Notes under the pieces: generated by a model | Database searches by the model: none | Told to the model about the DNA's origin: nothing | Seen by the model: the letters and a program-made list of their open reading frames with translations, nothing else | Part shown: piece after piece, positions 12,074 through 25,570 of the stretch | Layout: every line of letters begins with the position of its first letter | How positions within the stretch are numbered: position 1 is the first letter of the stretch | Source of the DNA: Octopus sinensis | Lineage: Eukaryota | NCBI RefSeq assembly: GCF_006345805.1 | Contig: NC_043011.1 | Span: 37,212,464 to 37,276,463, forward strand | Length of the DNA: 64,000 nt | Direction: 5' to 3' | Program-made: the position numbers and the translations under genes

Positions 12074-12504
12074 GCTTGAAATAGCAGTCAAAACTTGACT
12101 CTCAAACCACATCATATATTCAATATAGCACAAGGTGAAAAGACAAATAAATAAACTAGTGAAAATTGGATAATTCCAGACCTCTGGTTTCTGGATCTGT
12201 ATAAAAATAATTTCCCTTCGTCAATGAAAAATACCAAGAATTGTACATAATTACATATATATATATACACACAAACATACGAATACTTACGTATACGCAC
12301 GCTTATATAAATATATATATACACGAACATTTCAGTTATCCGTACAATTCTTGGTTTATTTCATTGATGAAGGCGAAGTAATTTTATACAGCGTCTGGAA
12401 TTATCAAATTTTCACTAGTTTATTTATCTATTTGCTCTTTCACCTTGTGCTCTATTGAATAAATGATGACTTTATAGAGTCAGATTTTGACTGCTATTAC
12501 AAGC
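12074..12504. repeat. Diverged head-to-head inverted pair (12074-12246 and 12342-12504)
   Basis: Arms are reverse complements with indels; the left arm carries an HHR-like motif on the minus strand. Confidence 0.85.
12174..12229 (-). ncRNA. Degenerate type I hammerhead-like motif
   Basis: tttca-TTGACGA-a-ggg...tcca-GAAA-cc(aga)gg-TC-tggaa; U3 variant, weak stem II. Confidence 0.45.
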
Positions 12505-12513
12505 ACACACACA

Positions 12514-12594
<81 letters not shown>

Positions 12595-12597
12595 AAT

Positions 12598-12842
12598 AAT
12601 GGTGCAAATACCGACTGCAATTGCTAGAAACAAGAGCTAAAAATATAACTCAAATAGCCACATGAAATCACCAACCTTATGAGATGTTCAAGGGACTGCG
12701 AGCGGCAAGCTACAACTTCATCTCTCCTGGGAGAATAAACTTGCAGAATGAAATAATTATTTTATTCGAGTTATATATTTTATTCGAATTATATTTTCAA
12801 GCTCCTGTTTCAAGCAATTGCAGGTGCTCTGTGCACCCTTAT
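12598..12842. repeat. Diverged inverted repeat, about 50-bp arms (12598-12650 and 12785-12842)
   Basis: GGTGCA..CTGCAATTGCT.GAAACA.GAGCT..AAATATAA versus its reverse complement. Confidence 0.65.
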
Positions 12843-12896
12843 ATATGTATTCTAATGTTTTGGTATTTAATTGTCAAATCACCTGTGTTATAATGT

Positions 12897-13290
12897 ATTT
12901 GAGCAGGCAGAAACGTTAGCACACCTGGCAAAATGCGTAGCGGTATTTCGTCTGCCGTTACGTTCTGAGTTCAAATTCCGCCGACGACGAATTTGCCTTT
13001 CATCCTTTCGGCGTCGATTAAATAAGTACCAGTTACGCACTGGGGTCGATATAATCGACTTAATCCGTTTGTTTGTCTGTCCTTGTTTGTCCCTTCTATG
13101 TTTAGCCCCTTGTGGGTAGTAAAGAAATAGGTATTTCGTTTGTCTTTACATCCTGAGTTCAAATTCCGGCGAGGTCGACTTTGCCTTTCATTGTTTTGGG
13201 CTTGACAAATTAAGTACCGGTTGCATTCTAGGGTCGATCTAATCGCCTGGCCATCTCGCCCAAAATTTCGGGCCTTGTGCCTAGAGTAGA
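12897..13290 (+). mobile_element. SINE family C, dimeric composite
   Basis: GGCAGAAACGTTAGCAC...GAGTTCAAATTCCGCCG..TCGACTTTGCCTTTCAT; a second monomer is fused after AAAGAAATAGGTATTTCGT. Confidence 0.85.
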
Positions 13291-13454
13291 AAAGTATATT
13301 ATAATGAATTCATTTTACCATAATATCCGTGTGTTTTAGAAAATGACCAAATTTTTACAAGTTAACACTGACTAATAAGTTTTTCAGTAGAGGAAGCAAA
13401 TGGAATGAATGGAACTTTATCTTTGAAACCGACGAATAGCAGGCCGTCATTATA

Positions 13455-13697
13455 TCTTGCATTCAAGATCACTAGATCGTGGGTTCGATTTTCACATGAG
13501 GCGGCGCATTGTGTTCTTGAGCAAAACATTATATTTCCCGTGCCAGTCTCCCTTTTAGTTACAAGATGGGACAATTGCCCCCGCTCGCCTAGTCAGCTGG
13601 GTGGCGTCATTCGAATGCTAAAACGATGCAAAGCGCATTGTAACCAGCGATGTGTAACAACATTTGATAATCTGTTCGGTCGTGTAATCACGTGATA
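13455..13697 (+). mobile_element. SINE family H (second copy at 56453-56697, minus strand)
   Basis: B-box-like GGTTCGATT, TGTTCTTGAGCAA core, tail ending TCACGTGAT. Confidence 0.65.
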
Positions 13698-13732
13698 TAT
13701 ATATATGTGATTTATATCTATCTATATATATA

Positions 13733-13856
13733 CAGGGTGTCCCAAAAAATGTATACACACCTTAAATAATTGTAAATGTGTTATTCTTTGTAAGCCTAGT
13801 ACTTATTCTATCGTTCTCTTTTGCCGAACCACTATGTGTATACATTTTTTGGGGAC

Positions 13857-13860
<4 letters not shown>
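13733..13860. mobile_element. Tc1/mariner-type MITE containing a SINE B fragment
   Basis: TIRs (C)AGGGTGTCCC(C)AAAAAATGTATACAC, TA flanks; internal 13781-13830 matches SINE B. Confidence 0.8.
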
Positions 13861-13900
<40 letters not shown>

Positions 13901-14699
13901 GAGATAGCTAGATAGATAGGCAGATAGGTAGATAGATATATAGATAGACTGAGTGATATGTCCATAGCTATAATATATGCATAAACGCATGGACATATAT
14001 ATCCAAAATTATATATACCAATATATTCGTATATAATGATCTCTCACTCTTTCTCCACACACACAAGCGCACACGCACACATACAACCATCCACATACAT
14101 ACACATATATACATATATATATGTATGCTTGCTATACAGAAATGAATGTGTACATCTACAGATGCGAGTGTAATTGTGTATACGAGTATGTACGCGCTTG
14201 TGGCGTTTGTTGTTGAGTAAAATGCAATTGCTCTCAGACAATAAAAACATAAGTGTTAAGTGGTGCAATCTAATATATTTCTGGAAAATTTCTGACGACA
14301 AAGGAAGTAATCTTTCAGACACATATACTTTCTATCATTTGATTAAATAACATTAATAAAATTATTTAATGTTTAAATGGAAATTTAGCATTTTGAAACG
14401 TCTTACCAATTTCTTGCCAGACAAATAGATTGAGAGCAGACGTTATTTGCTATTTCCTTTCATATATTTGTTGTGGCATTTCGACTATGGATTGCTTGCA
14501 ATGATTTTTTTTGTTCCTTGAGAATTATGTCTCATAAGGCCTGGTTTCCCTCGTGTGTAAGTAACAGAGATCGGACTATTCCCCCTTAGCTGGACACCGA
14601 TTTGTTGTTGAGTTGAAGGCCTGTATTTTTGAGGGAAGGGGAAAGGGGATAGCATCGAACTTGACTGCTACTTTATTTTATCGATCCTGAGTGGATGAA

Positions 14700-14915
14700 G
14701 GGGAAAATTTGACTTCTGTACCATTTGCACGCTGAAAATTTTGGCACAAGGCCATCAATTTTGTGGACAGGACAAAAGATTGCATCGACTCCAGTTCTTA
14801 ATTGGTCCTTATTTTATCCACCTCGAATAGATGAAAGGTGAAGTCGACCTCAGAATGGACGAAATGACGCTAAGCATTTTGCCCTTCGCGGCAACGATTC
14901 TGCTAGCTCACCACA
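14700..14915 (-). mobile_element. SINE family C, diverged
   Basis: GATGAAAGG.GAAGTCGACCTC...ACGAAAT..CGCTAAGCATTT.GCCC. Confidence 0.7.
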
Positions 14916-15407
14916 TTTTTCATACAATTAATATATTAAAATCTTAGTTATATGTATAGTAGGTAGTATTCTGAATATTCATCAATTTTCTAAAGTGTCT
15001 CTCCTCTCTTAGTCTGTTATTTTGTATACTGGCAACAGAAGTCCCGGGTAGGCATCTTTTAATTTTTATTCTGTAAAGTTGTTGTAGTATTGATATATAT
15101 GAAGGCAATATTGAATTTGATCAAAGTAGGAGAATTTCGAGGAAACAATAAAAAAACAGACATATGAACACTGCCTGACAGAAAATACACTTAGCCAGAA
15201 ATTGATACGAAACATCTAGAAGTGACATTTGTCAAATTCAGAAGATTACGGTATTTATAAAAGTTTGTGAGAAACATATGTTGTGATATCAGCTAAAAAA
15301 ATGAACTCAGATAACTCGTATCGGACTTTTGATTAAAATTAACTGAAATTTCTATATACAAAGGAAATACTACATCAAACAGAAAATTTATTTTTTAAAA
15401 TTAATTT

Positions 15408-15410
15408 ATC

Positions 15411-15445
<35 letters not shown>

Positions 15446-15453
15446 TATTATTA

Positions 15454-15484
<31 letters not shown>

Positions 15485-15485
15485 T
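15408..15485. repeat. (ATT)n microsatellite
   Basis: Direct reading. Confidence 0.9.
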
Positions 15486-15685
15486 TTACTTTTTATGCTG
15501 TGTATTTGATTGTAGAAAGTAACATTATCAAGTTATATCTCCGTAAGAGATTGATGGCAAATATATTGCCAACAAATTTTAAAGATATGTATATATGTGT
15601 GCGAGTGGGTGTGTGTGTGTGTGTGTGTGTGTGAGTATATAATAAAATATAGCACTCAATATACATATATCTATTTACCTATCTA

Positions 15686-15742
<57 letters not shown>

Positions 15743-17445
15743 GGTATAACATTTAATACATATATTCTATATATCTATCTGTTTATCTAACTATAATTAC
15801 ATACATATATATATATATATAACATTTAATACGTATATGTTGTATGTATGTACCGAGTTCAATTGAAAGTTAATCAAAGAGAAATATAACCCATAAAATG
15901 ATTGTTTTAGAGTTATGCGTGAACATGAAAGAGATTTTCTGAGGATTATGCGTATCAAAAATATTTGATTGTTTACAATCATTGAAGAAAGAAGAAATCC
16001 GAGAAGACTGTTACAAAGTTTAAATCTTAACACTAAAATTTGTTCAAACGCTGACGTGCAAATTTCAAGGAAATACATCTCCATGAAGTAAATTTTTAAC
16101 GAAAAGTAATATTCCAGTAGTTGTTCTGTGAAAATACATTTTTTTCAAGTCCGTTTTGTTTTCTGGTGTGTTATTTATTTCGTAGAGAAGCAAATTTTCT
16201 GACATTGTAAATGAATAAAGGTTAACCGTATTAACGAGGAAGAGTATTTTTAGCCGTAAAGTGATTTAATACATTACGATGTTAAAGTCGATGCAGGTAA
16301 GCCGGTTTCCTGCTGTTTCCTGCCTCGAATTTCTGTTTATAATATCAATTTACATAAAAGCTAACAGCGGATATGGATTTACTTAGATTTGTAAATACTC
16401 ATTTCAGTTTAATATCATGAATGCTCTATATTTTCGAGCGATTAATTTAGAAATTGATAACACTAGTTATTAATCCAGCGATGTTGACATACAGAGTATA
16501 TTTGCTTCAAAATCCCCCAGAAGAAGGCCCTAGTAAAGATTCATAATTATGCTCAAATAAACAATTAAATATAGGAACCAAAAATATACATTTTGTTCTG
16601 TCGGATGAGGAATATACTGCCTTAACTTCTAACACACTCACCGTTTCAATTTCCGCTTCATTTATTATTTATATTTTTTTCTCTTCCAAAAGTTTCGTTG
16701 ATGTTGCAACCTTGTCACCGGATGCTCAACACACGAATTCACACAAAGAATCTTACAAGCTAGACGCAAAAGCGAAGTAAAAGGAAAATATACAATGTTA
16801 TTCTTAATATTTATCATGTTTATGATAAAACAGTTTCTACGAAAATGTTGTACAGCTTTAGTTGTATCCAGTATTCATAACTATTCGTATTTGTATTTTT
16901 TAATCAACAGATAAAGTTGTTTGTTGCTCACCGCTTGAACAGTGTACCTGTATGCAGAATTTAAAAAAATATAGCGGCCAAAAATGGGCAACTATTTTCA
17001 ACACACCATCGTACATTCACTTTCATATATTAGATGAAATTTTAAAGTCACTAGCAGTAGTCAAATGCGTGTTTGTTGCACAACATATCCGAAATAATAA
17101 ATTTAGGAAGGGCAAGGAAGACATACGAATTATGATATAGTAAACCATTTTCATATTACGCTATACAGTTCTGTTATACAAATCTGTGTTAAATTGTTTC
17201 AACCTTATTAGGAGATTCGATTATACAGACATGATTAAACCTCTATTCTATATCTTATCGCTTATTATCGTTAATATTTTCTTTCCTTATATATTTCCTT
17301 ATTTATCTTCTCTTTTCTGTTTTATTTTTTATAGAACTTCCTTTTTTTCCATTCCTTGTACATTTATAATGTTGTGATGTTTTTCATGAGCTCGATGGTT
17401 ACACATAAACAACCCAACACACATTAATATACAATTTGTACATAA

Positions 17446-18070
17446 GGCGGCGAGCTGGCTGAAACGTTAGCACGCCGGGCAAAATTCTTAGCGGTATTTC
17501 GTCTGCCGATACGTTCTGTGTTCAAATTCCGCCGCGGTCGACGTTGCCTTTCATCCTTTCGGGGTCGATTAAACCTCTATTGGGTTCTATATAATCGACT
17601 TAATCCGCATTGGGTTCTATATAATCGACTTAATCCGTTTGTCTGTCCTTGTTTGTCCTCTCTGTATTTACCCTCTTGTGGGTAGTAAAGAAATAGGTAT
17701 TTTCGTCTGCCGCTACGTTCTGAGTTCAAATTCCGCCGAAGTTGACTTTGCCTTCCATTCTTTCGGGGTCGATTAAGTAAGTACCAGTTACGCACTGTAG
17801 TCGATATAATCGTCTTAATCCGTTTGTCTGTCCTTATTTGTCCCCTCTAAGTTTAGGCAATAAAGAAATAAGAATCGTTAGCAAGCCGGGCGAAATGCAT
17901 AGCGGTATTTCGTCTATCTTTACGATCTGAGTTCAAATTCCGCCGAGGTCGACTTTACCTTTCATCCTTTCGGGTCGGTAAATTAAGGGCCATTTGCGTA
18001 CTGGGGTCGCTCTAATCGACCGGCCTATTTTCCCCAAAACTTCGTGCCTTGTGCCTAGAGTAGAAAAGAA
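17446..18070 (+). mobile_element. SINE family C, trimeric head-to-tail composite
   Basis: Three GAGTTCAAATTCCGCCG-type cores (about 17520, 17725, 17930); same junction as at 13130. Confidence 0.85.
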
Positions 18071-19359
18071 TATACAATTCGTACATTAAGGAGTAACGTC
18101 TGTTCAATAAATGACGGAGACGAATTACTTAAGTGGATGCAGTCCCGATGAACTTGCTTTGTTATTTACATAGTTCTAAGGATAGAGCTTGCCCTCAATC
18201 AACAAAGAGTATCTTGACTGCGATCCCTAAACCCACTGCCATCACAAATAATGCCACTAACACCACTACCATCTCCATTTTAAGCAGCGTTGGCATTAAC
18301 ATTGTCTTCGTCACTACCAGATTCATCATCGTCTTCATCGTCGCCGATGTTGTATTGTGCAACATTATCGTAATTATCGCATTAGTAAACTATCACCATA
18401 TTCTTGTCGTCGTAGTGCGCCTCTCCCTTTAATTCCTCCTCCTGCTGTACCTCCTTATCAATATCATCATTTCTCCTCATCATTATTATAATCACCATTC
18501 CAATTTTAAGTTTTCCAGTCATTATGCCGAAGAAGTAGGCCTACAACCAAAAGCTACTCTCTCTGCCATAAAAGACCATATCTTCTCTATCGCAGATACA
18601 TCCCATTCTTGAAGGATATTATGACAAAATTGCGGTTGATTTTGCTGCTATTTCTAGCATCACAAACTATTGTATAACAACTCAATAGCTAGCCGTTCGC
18701 TGCTTTTTTTTTGTTTTTGCATGTTATTATTGTGACCATAGCTGTAACAATTGATATAGTTGTTAAGCCCTAATCATGCCCTGATCCAGTAAACCTATCA
18801 ACCCCTTTTGAGCGGAATTCGCCCCCTTTTTTTTCCTTCTTCCCCAAAAGAAAAGCTCTATTTTGTATTTTGTCCCTTTTATGTCCAGCCCTGCGTGACC
18901 AATAAAGAAATCTATCAAACCATGCCGTTCCACCCATGCTCCTTCTGTCAGTTATTCATGTTGTTTCAATACCACATTATATATATCGAAAAATTTCTTG
19001 TTTATTATGTTTACTAAAGAGACTACACTTTGATTTGATGCCTGTTTCCTTGTTTAATCTAGATAGTTGAGCGGCACTTAAGTGCTCTCCTTTATGAAGT
19101 GTTACTGGTTTCATTAGATCGGTTATCTGCAGGTGCGTCACGAACAAACAAACATTCGTTCAATTATGAAGCAAATTTCAAACTATTCTAAATTTGTACC
19201 GCCTAATTTTCATCGACATAAGTAGATGGAGAATTTGATAAAGGTAACTGAAAACGAAACAAAGAATACAATTAAAAAAATAGACAAAGATAAAATAATT
19301 TTTAAGAAAATTATGCCAATTATCTAAACACTTGTCTTCGTCTGCTAAAGACCACGTAT

Positions 19360-19683
19360 GTATGTATATATGCGTATATATATGGTATATTCATATATGG
19401 ATATTATGTATATATATATATATATATACACATACACATATATATATATACATATACATATACATATATATACACACATATATATACATATATATACATA
19501 TACATATACATATATATACACACACATATATATACATATATATACATATACATATATATATGCATATATATACATCTATAAATATATATATATATATACA
19601 CTCTCTCCATCTAGTATATATATATTACACATACATATATATATGCAACAATGTATCATGTATAAATATATATTCATACTTGC

Positions 19684-19742
<59 letters not shown>

Positions 19743-19800
19743 ATATATGTTTCGATTATGAGTGTTTGTGTTTGTATGTCTGTCTGTGTTTGTATGTATA
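19360..19800. repeat. TA/CA-rich microsatellite mosaic
   Basis: Direct reading. Confidence 0.9.
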
Positions 19801-20589
19801 TGAAAAATTCTCAAAACAGAAATAAACCAATAAATAGATTGGTTTGTTGAGATTAGTCTTTAGTAGTTTCAAGCGATTGGTCATAAAAATAGATAGGTGA
19901 ACGAGTTCGCATTAACTTGGAGCACCAACAATTATAGATATATAACATAAAATAAAGAAATATTTCTTAAAGTGGAATTGAAACATTTAGTTCTTTAACT
20001 TTTATTAAACACTTTTCAAACCATTAAGATTTTGTTAGGAAAAGTAACTTAAACTAATCAAAGTAGGCATTGCTTGAGGATTTTCATTAAAAAATGTTTT
20101 GGTTACCAACAGAAGAAACTGATTACCATGTCGAAAGAGAACAACTCACAAATGCAATACGTTAATAAGACAACACGATACATGAAAACAGAACAGAGAA
20201 TGATAGTGTCTAAATAGACAATGTGTTAGGCTTGTAAACAAGAAACAACAGTTTGTTAAACTGATACATAAATACACACACACACACACACACACAAACA
20301 TACACTAGCACATACATAAACTTAATATTTTCGTCGCTGTCTTAAAGGTCTTACACCGACTGACATCCAGCTGCAGATGGTACATATAACAGTGTGTGTA
20401 CGTGCTTTGCGTGAATGCGTGTGTGTTTGTGCGTATGTGTGTGTAGATATTGATGGGTAGTTAGAGAGATAGAGAGATATAACTGTTGTTATACTCATAC
20501 ACACATATATATATTCATACATGTATGTATATATGTGTGAAAAAATTAGTTGAGTTGGGTTTTTTTAGGGGGGGTAATGTTTATTTTAA

Positions 20590-22150
20590 TCTTAATAAAA
20601 TTTTTCTTCAGTGAGTTTCGATTAATATTTTTGAATAAAATATTCTTCCTTGGCCTTACGACAATTTTCAGTTTCTGTCTATAGTTTAAAGAAAGGAAGT
20701 ATTTTGAACTTCCTTTTCCCATCATTTTTGAAATGTTCACTGCAAGTTGTGTTTGTAACAGAGGGGTCATGGATTTGTTACTTATCTGCCCTTACTTTTT
20801 CATACGATCCAATGCCCGTTTCACCAATGTAGTATTATTTGCATTTGGGACATGTGGCACAATAGACTAGGTTCCTGGATTTGCAATTCATATTTACATT
20901 TATTTTAGAAGTGTTATTGCCTTTGAAAGTAATTTGTTCTCCTTCTTCAATGAAATCACACGTTCCACAGCAAGGGTCACCATATTTTTGGACTCTTTTT
21001 GTTATTTCTCTATTTTTTATGTTGGATGTTTGAAATCTTCTATAGATTATTTTTGAATTTGTTACTAATTTGTTCATTTTTGATGAGTGTTGAATCATTG
21101 GGATGCCTTTTTTTTGCAGTACTGATAATTTATAATTTCTGTATGCTTGTTTTCCTCCGAGGTCTGCAGATGGGATGTTTTTTGCTTTGGTTATTGCTGT
21201 GCCAATTAATATATTGGGATATTTTTCTCCTTTTAGAAATATTTTTAATTCCTGTAATCATTTATCTCTTAATTCTGCATCTATCACTATAGTGCAAATT
21301 CGTTTTACCATATCAAAAGGTATGTTTCTTATGATATGTGAGAGATGGGAGAAATGAAAATTCAAATATTGGTGTGGCTGTAGGTCTTTAGAAGAGATCT
21401 GTTTTTATGGCGTTATTTTTAAAATTAGAAGTATGTTTAAAAATAGTAACTCTTTTGTGTGTTCCATGGTGGATTTTATTGAAGTAAGAAAATTATTTAA
21501 AAGTGAGTAATATATTCCTAAAACTTCTTGACTTTTGGTTCAGAATATAAAACAGTCAAACAAATACCGTTTCCAATTGTTTTTTTTTAATATAAATGGA
21601 GAATTATTCGTTAAATGTTTCTGTTAGTTGGGAATAGAGTTTGACCACTAAGGAGCCCATTACAAGCGTTACACAGAGGGGGCTACTTTGGTCCCCATTG
21701 CTGTAAAAAGAAGTTGTCAAAGAAGTTATCATTTCCCAGTAATAATTTTAATCATTCTAAATTGAAGGTTTTTTAGAATCTTTGCGTGATGTGATTCGGG
21801 TTTTTTTGTTAACCAGTAAGTTATAGCTTCAATTCGTAGCTCATGTGGAATATTGGTGTATAGACTAACAATAAATGTCCACGGGTGGACACATTTAGGT
21901 ATGTAGTTTAAGAAGTCCATATCGTCCCGGAGAAAGCTTGGTATCATTTTGAATGCAGGTTATAAAACTAAATCTATTAAAGTTGCTCAAGTGTTGTGTA
22001 CTGGGTGCTGGTCAGTCATTGGGGGTAGGTTCAGATGTTGCTGAATTTCGACATATGTTGATTTGGTTCCTTTTATGTTTTGGATTTCTTTTGATTTGTG
22101 TATCTTGGGTAAACCATAGAAATTACAGTTTTTACTTCGAAGTTGGTTAA
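20590..22150 (-). mobile_element. Penelope-like element (PLE2), degenerate RT plus GIY-YIG endonuclease
   Basis: FYGLPKIHK..IVSLYTNIPHE..TAMGTKVAP..WKRYLFDCF..HQYLNFH..CCGTCDFI..NLVYCATCPKCK*YYIGETG..KAKEEYFIQKY. Confidence 0.92.
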
Positions 22151-22388
22151 ATAAATAACCTCATTCTCAGTTAGGTTATTACGATAATATATATTATATA
22201 TTATAGTATATATATATATATATTATATATATATAAAATAAAGAAAAAACGGAGGAAACGATTCCTTTCAGTCATCAACTTACAGATAATAACCAATTCA
22301 TATTATTTATTAACTACTTAAATAGGAACATCCAAATCCACAGAATAAAACAATATACATCAATAAGTATATATATATTATATATAAT

Positions 22389-22432
<44 letters not shown>

Positions 22433-22569
22433 CATATATATGTATATATATATATATATATGATATGTGTATATATATGTGTGTATGTGTGTGCATGTAT
22501 GTATGTATTACGTGTGCATGTATGTTCTTATGTATTTGTGTATGATGAACCAGTAGAAAGTTAAGGAAT

Positions 22570-22790
22570 TTTGATCTTCATGTGTGTGATTTTTCGGAAG
22601 CTTTGCTGACGACGTGCAGGCTTCATCAGCCACGAAATAAGCCACAGGAATCGACACCTTGTAAATTATGATACAGGTATTGCTGACAACAGAACATGTG
22701 TTAAACTGTGAAAAGGTGTGCCGTTCAATTGGAGGGTTAAAAAGGCATGAAAAAACACTTCGTACTATGGCAGCAGTTCCTTCTGCCAGA
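22570..22790 (+). pseudogene. Two degenerate C2H2-like fingers, probably a LINE 3' end
   Basis: HVCDF..AGFISHEISH (frameshifted) and NCEKVCRSIGGLKRHEK. Confidence 0.35.
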
Positions 22791-23199
22791 AAAAAAAAAA
22801 AAAAAAATCTGTGCATTATGATGAACAAATATTTGGCCTGCCTGAAGAGTTATATAACGGCCTCACATTGCAGCATCAATAACTCGTTTCAGTGATACGT
22901 TGTAACAATGGTCTTGGTCTTATACGAGAAAGCTGCGCATATATGTATGTAAATGCACGCACGTTTACAAATAATTCGAAACATAACAGAGGCACGCCAC
23001 ACTCACGTTACTTTGTGTGCATGCACACAAATCAAGGGAAGGACAAGTATTTTGCCAAGAGGTCAGAAAAGGCCACGCACAAGGCCTCCATGATGATGAT
23101 AATACAATTCAGTGGAAAGGTCTGGAGGATACAGTGAAGGTGATATATGTAGTACATGAATGTATATATGCTGATAATATGTTTGTATATATATTTTTT

Positions 23200-23478
23200 T
23201 CTGTATGTATGTATGTATGTATGTATGTATGTATGTATGTATGTATGTATGTATGTATGCCTTCCCTTTTCTATTTCTATTTAAATTCGTTTTTCGGAAG
23301 AAGGAGGTTTGTTTCTAAAAATGATACAAAAACTCTATCGTTACTAATAGTATATATATTATATATATATATAGAATATATATATATATATATTATATGT
23401 GTGTGTGTGGGTGTGTGTGTGTGTGTGTATATACGTATGTATGTATATATATGTTGTATATATATATATGTATGTATT

Positions 23479-23509
<31 letters not shown>

Positions 23510-23662
23510 GTATATAGTATATATATGTATGTATATATATATATATGTAGGTATGTATATATATATTATAGTATTAGTATATATATGTATATATATGTAT
23601 GCATATATATATATATGCTTATATTATATATATATATGCATATATATATATATATACATCTG

Positions 23663-23701
<39 letters not shown>

Positions 23702-23750
23702 GCACATATGTATGTATGTGTATATATATATGTGTGTAGATAGATATATG
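23200..23750. repeat. (TATG)n and (TA)n microsatellite mosaic
   Basis: Direct reading. Confidence 0.9.
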
Positions 23751-24129
23751 AATAGATACATAGAAACGCTTATATTTCAGCACAAACATGCATATGCACA
23801 TCTAGGAAGCATTCATTAGACCTATAATTATTTACAAATCAATAAATGATTATTACATATTTCATATAATCATCATGAATATCCATTCTCTCTGATACTC
23901 CGTCCCTTTCCCTCTGCACCTCTACTTATCCAACCATTACTTTCACTCTCTAGTTTGTTTTTACGTTCTCTTCCTGTTCGTTTTCCGGTTGTTTCCATCC
24001 AACATATTGTATTAGACAATTTCTGTCTTATATGACAATTTGTAGGAAGTAATTGCTGAATTAGTTGTAGTTCATTCTGTTTATCTACTTATAAAACGAA
24101 GTACACACGTCTCTGTCAATTAATGCAAG

Positions 24130-24183
24130 TATCTATCTATCTATATATGTACCTACTTTTATATCTATCTATCTATCTATCTA

Positions 24184-24265
<82 letters not shown>

Positions 24266-24266
24266 C

Positions 24267-24330
<64 letters not shown>

Positions 24331-24395
24331 TATCTGTCTATCTATCTATCTATCTATCTATCATTCTGTGTGTATATATATATATGTATAAGTGT

Positions 24396-24426
<31 letters not shown>

Positions 24427-24632
24427 GTGTATAATATGTGTATGTATATGAATATATGTATATATCTATATATATATATATACATACGTATATATATGTA
24501 TATGTGTGTGTATATGTATGTACACATACATATGTTATATGTATATATCCATACACATATATATATATGTTATATTATTTATGTATATAATCTGTACATA
24601 TATATATATGTACGTATATACTATATATGACG

Positions 24633-24682
<50 letters not shown>

Positions 24683-24740
24683 GTGTATAAGGTATGTGTG
24701 TGTGCATGTATATATATATATAATATATATATATATTATA
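24130..24740. repeat. (TCTA)n tract followed by TA-rich mosaic
   Basis: Direct reading. Confidence 0.95.
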
Positions 24741-25244
24741 TATAAATGTATCTTCTGTATGTTACTTTATCATTATTGAATGAAAGTAAATATTAATATT
24801 GTATGTTATATTCTGCTACCATTTTGTTTTTCATGTAACTTTCGATGTTATGTTTGTTACTTTATTGCAAACAATCTTAACATGTGTATATGCATTTTCT
24901 TACCTGTGATAGATCGTCATTTTCAACACATCAACATAAACGCCGAGGTAGAAGGAGAGCTTTCTTAAAATATTGAATTGTAGCAATCAACGGTAAAATT
25001 AATCTCGTGATGCAGTTTAATGCATATAGGGAAATGGGTGAACATTCATGGAAAATAAGAAGAGACGAGATTCACGGCAAACTCAGCTGACTTCAACAAA
25101 ACGAGATGAGGCAAAAAAACATTTGAAGTTCCTTACATATATGCATTTATGTGAATGCTTCTGAAAGAGCGTGATTTGTGTGCGCTTTTCTGTATGTATG
25201 TACACGTATTTATATAGGAATGTGTATGCATAGATACTCATAGG

Positions 25245-25368
25245 GACCGATATAATAAGTACTAGGCTTACAAAGAATAAGTTCTGGGGTCGATTTGCTC
25301 GACTAAAGGCGGTGCTCCAGCATGACGGCAGTCAAATGACTGAAACAAGTAAAAGAGTAAAAGAATAA
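25245..25368 (+). mobile_element. SINE family B 3' tail
   Basis: AAGTACTAGGCTTACAAAGAATAAG..GGGGTCGATTTGCTCGACTAAAGGCGGTGCTCCAGCATG. Confidence 0.85.
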
Positions 25369-25419
25369 GAGATACACATACACACACGCCCACACACATA
25401 TACACACATATGTATAAAT

Positions 25420-25570
25420 ACATGTATGTATGCATGTATGAATGTATGTATGTATGTATGCATGCATGCATGTATGTATGTATGTATGTATGTATGTATG
25501 TATGTATGTATGTATGTATGTATGTATGTATGCATGCATGCATGTATGTATGTATGTATGTATGTATGTA
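25420..25570. repeat. (TATG)n/(CATG) microsatellite
   Basis: Direct reading. Confidence 0.95.

Noticed and set aside
16985-17013. Possible mariner TIR remnant (TACGATGGTGTGTTGAAAA on minus)
   Set aside because: No partner TIR or transposase sequence was found
22585-22635. CTGATGA...GAAA on the minus strand near PLE2
   Set aside because: Stems I and III do not form; the plus strand is better explained as a C2H2 finger relic
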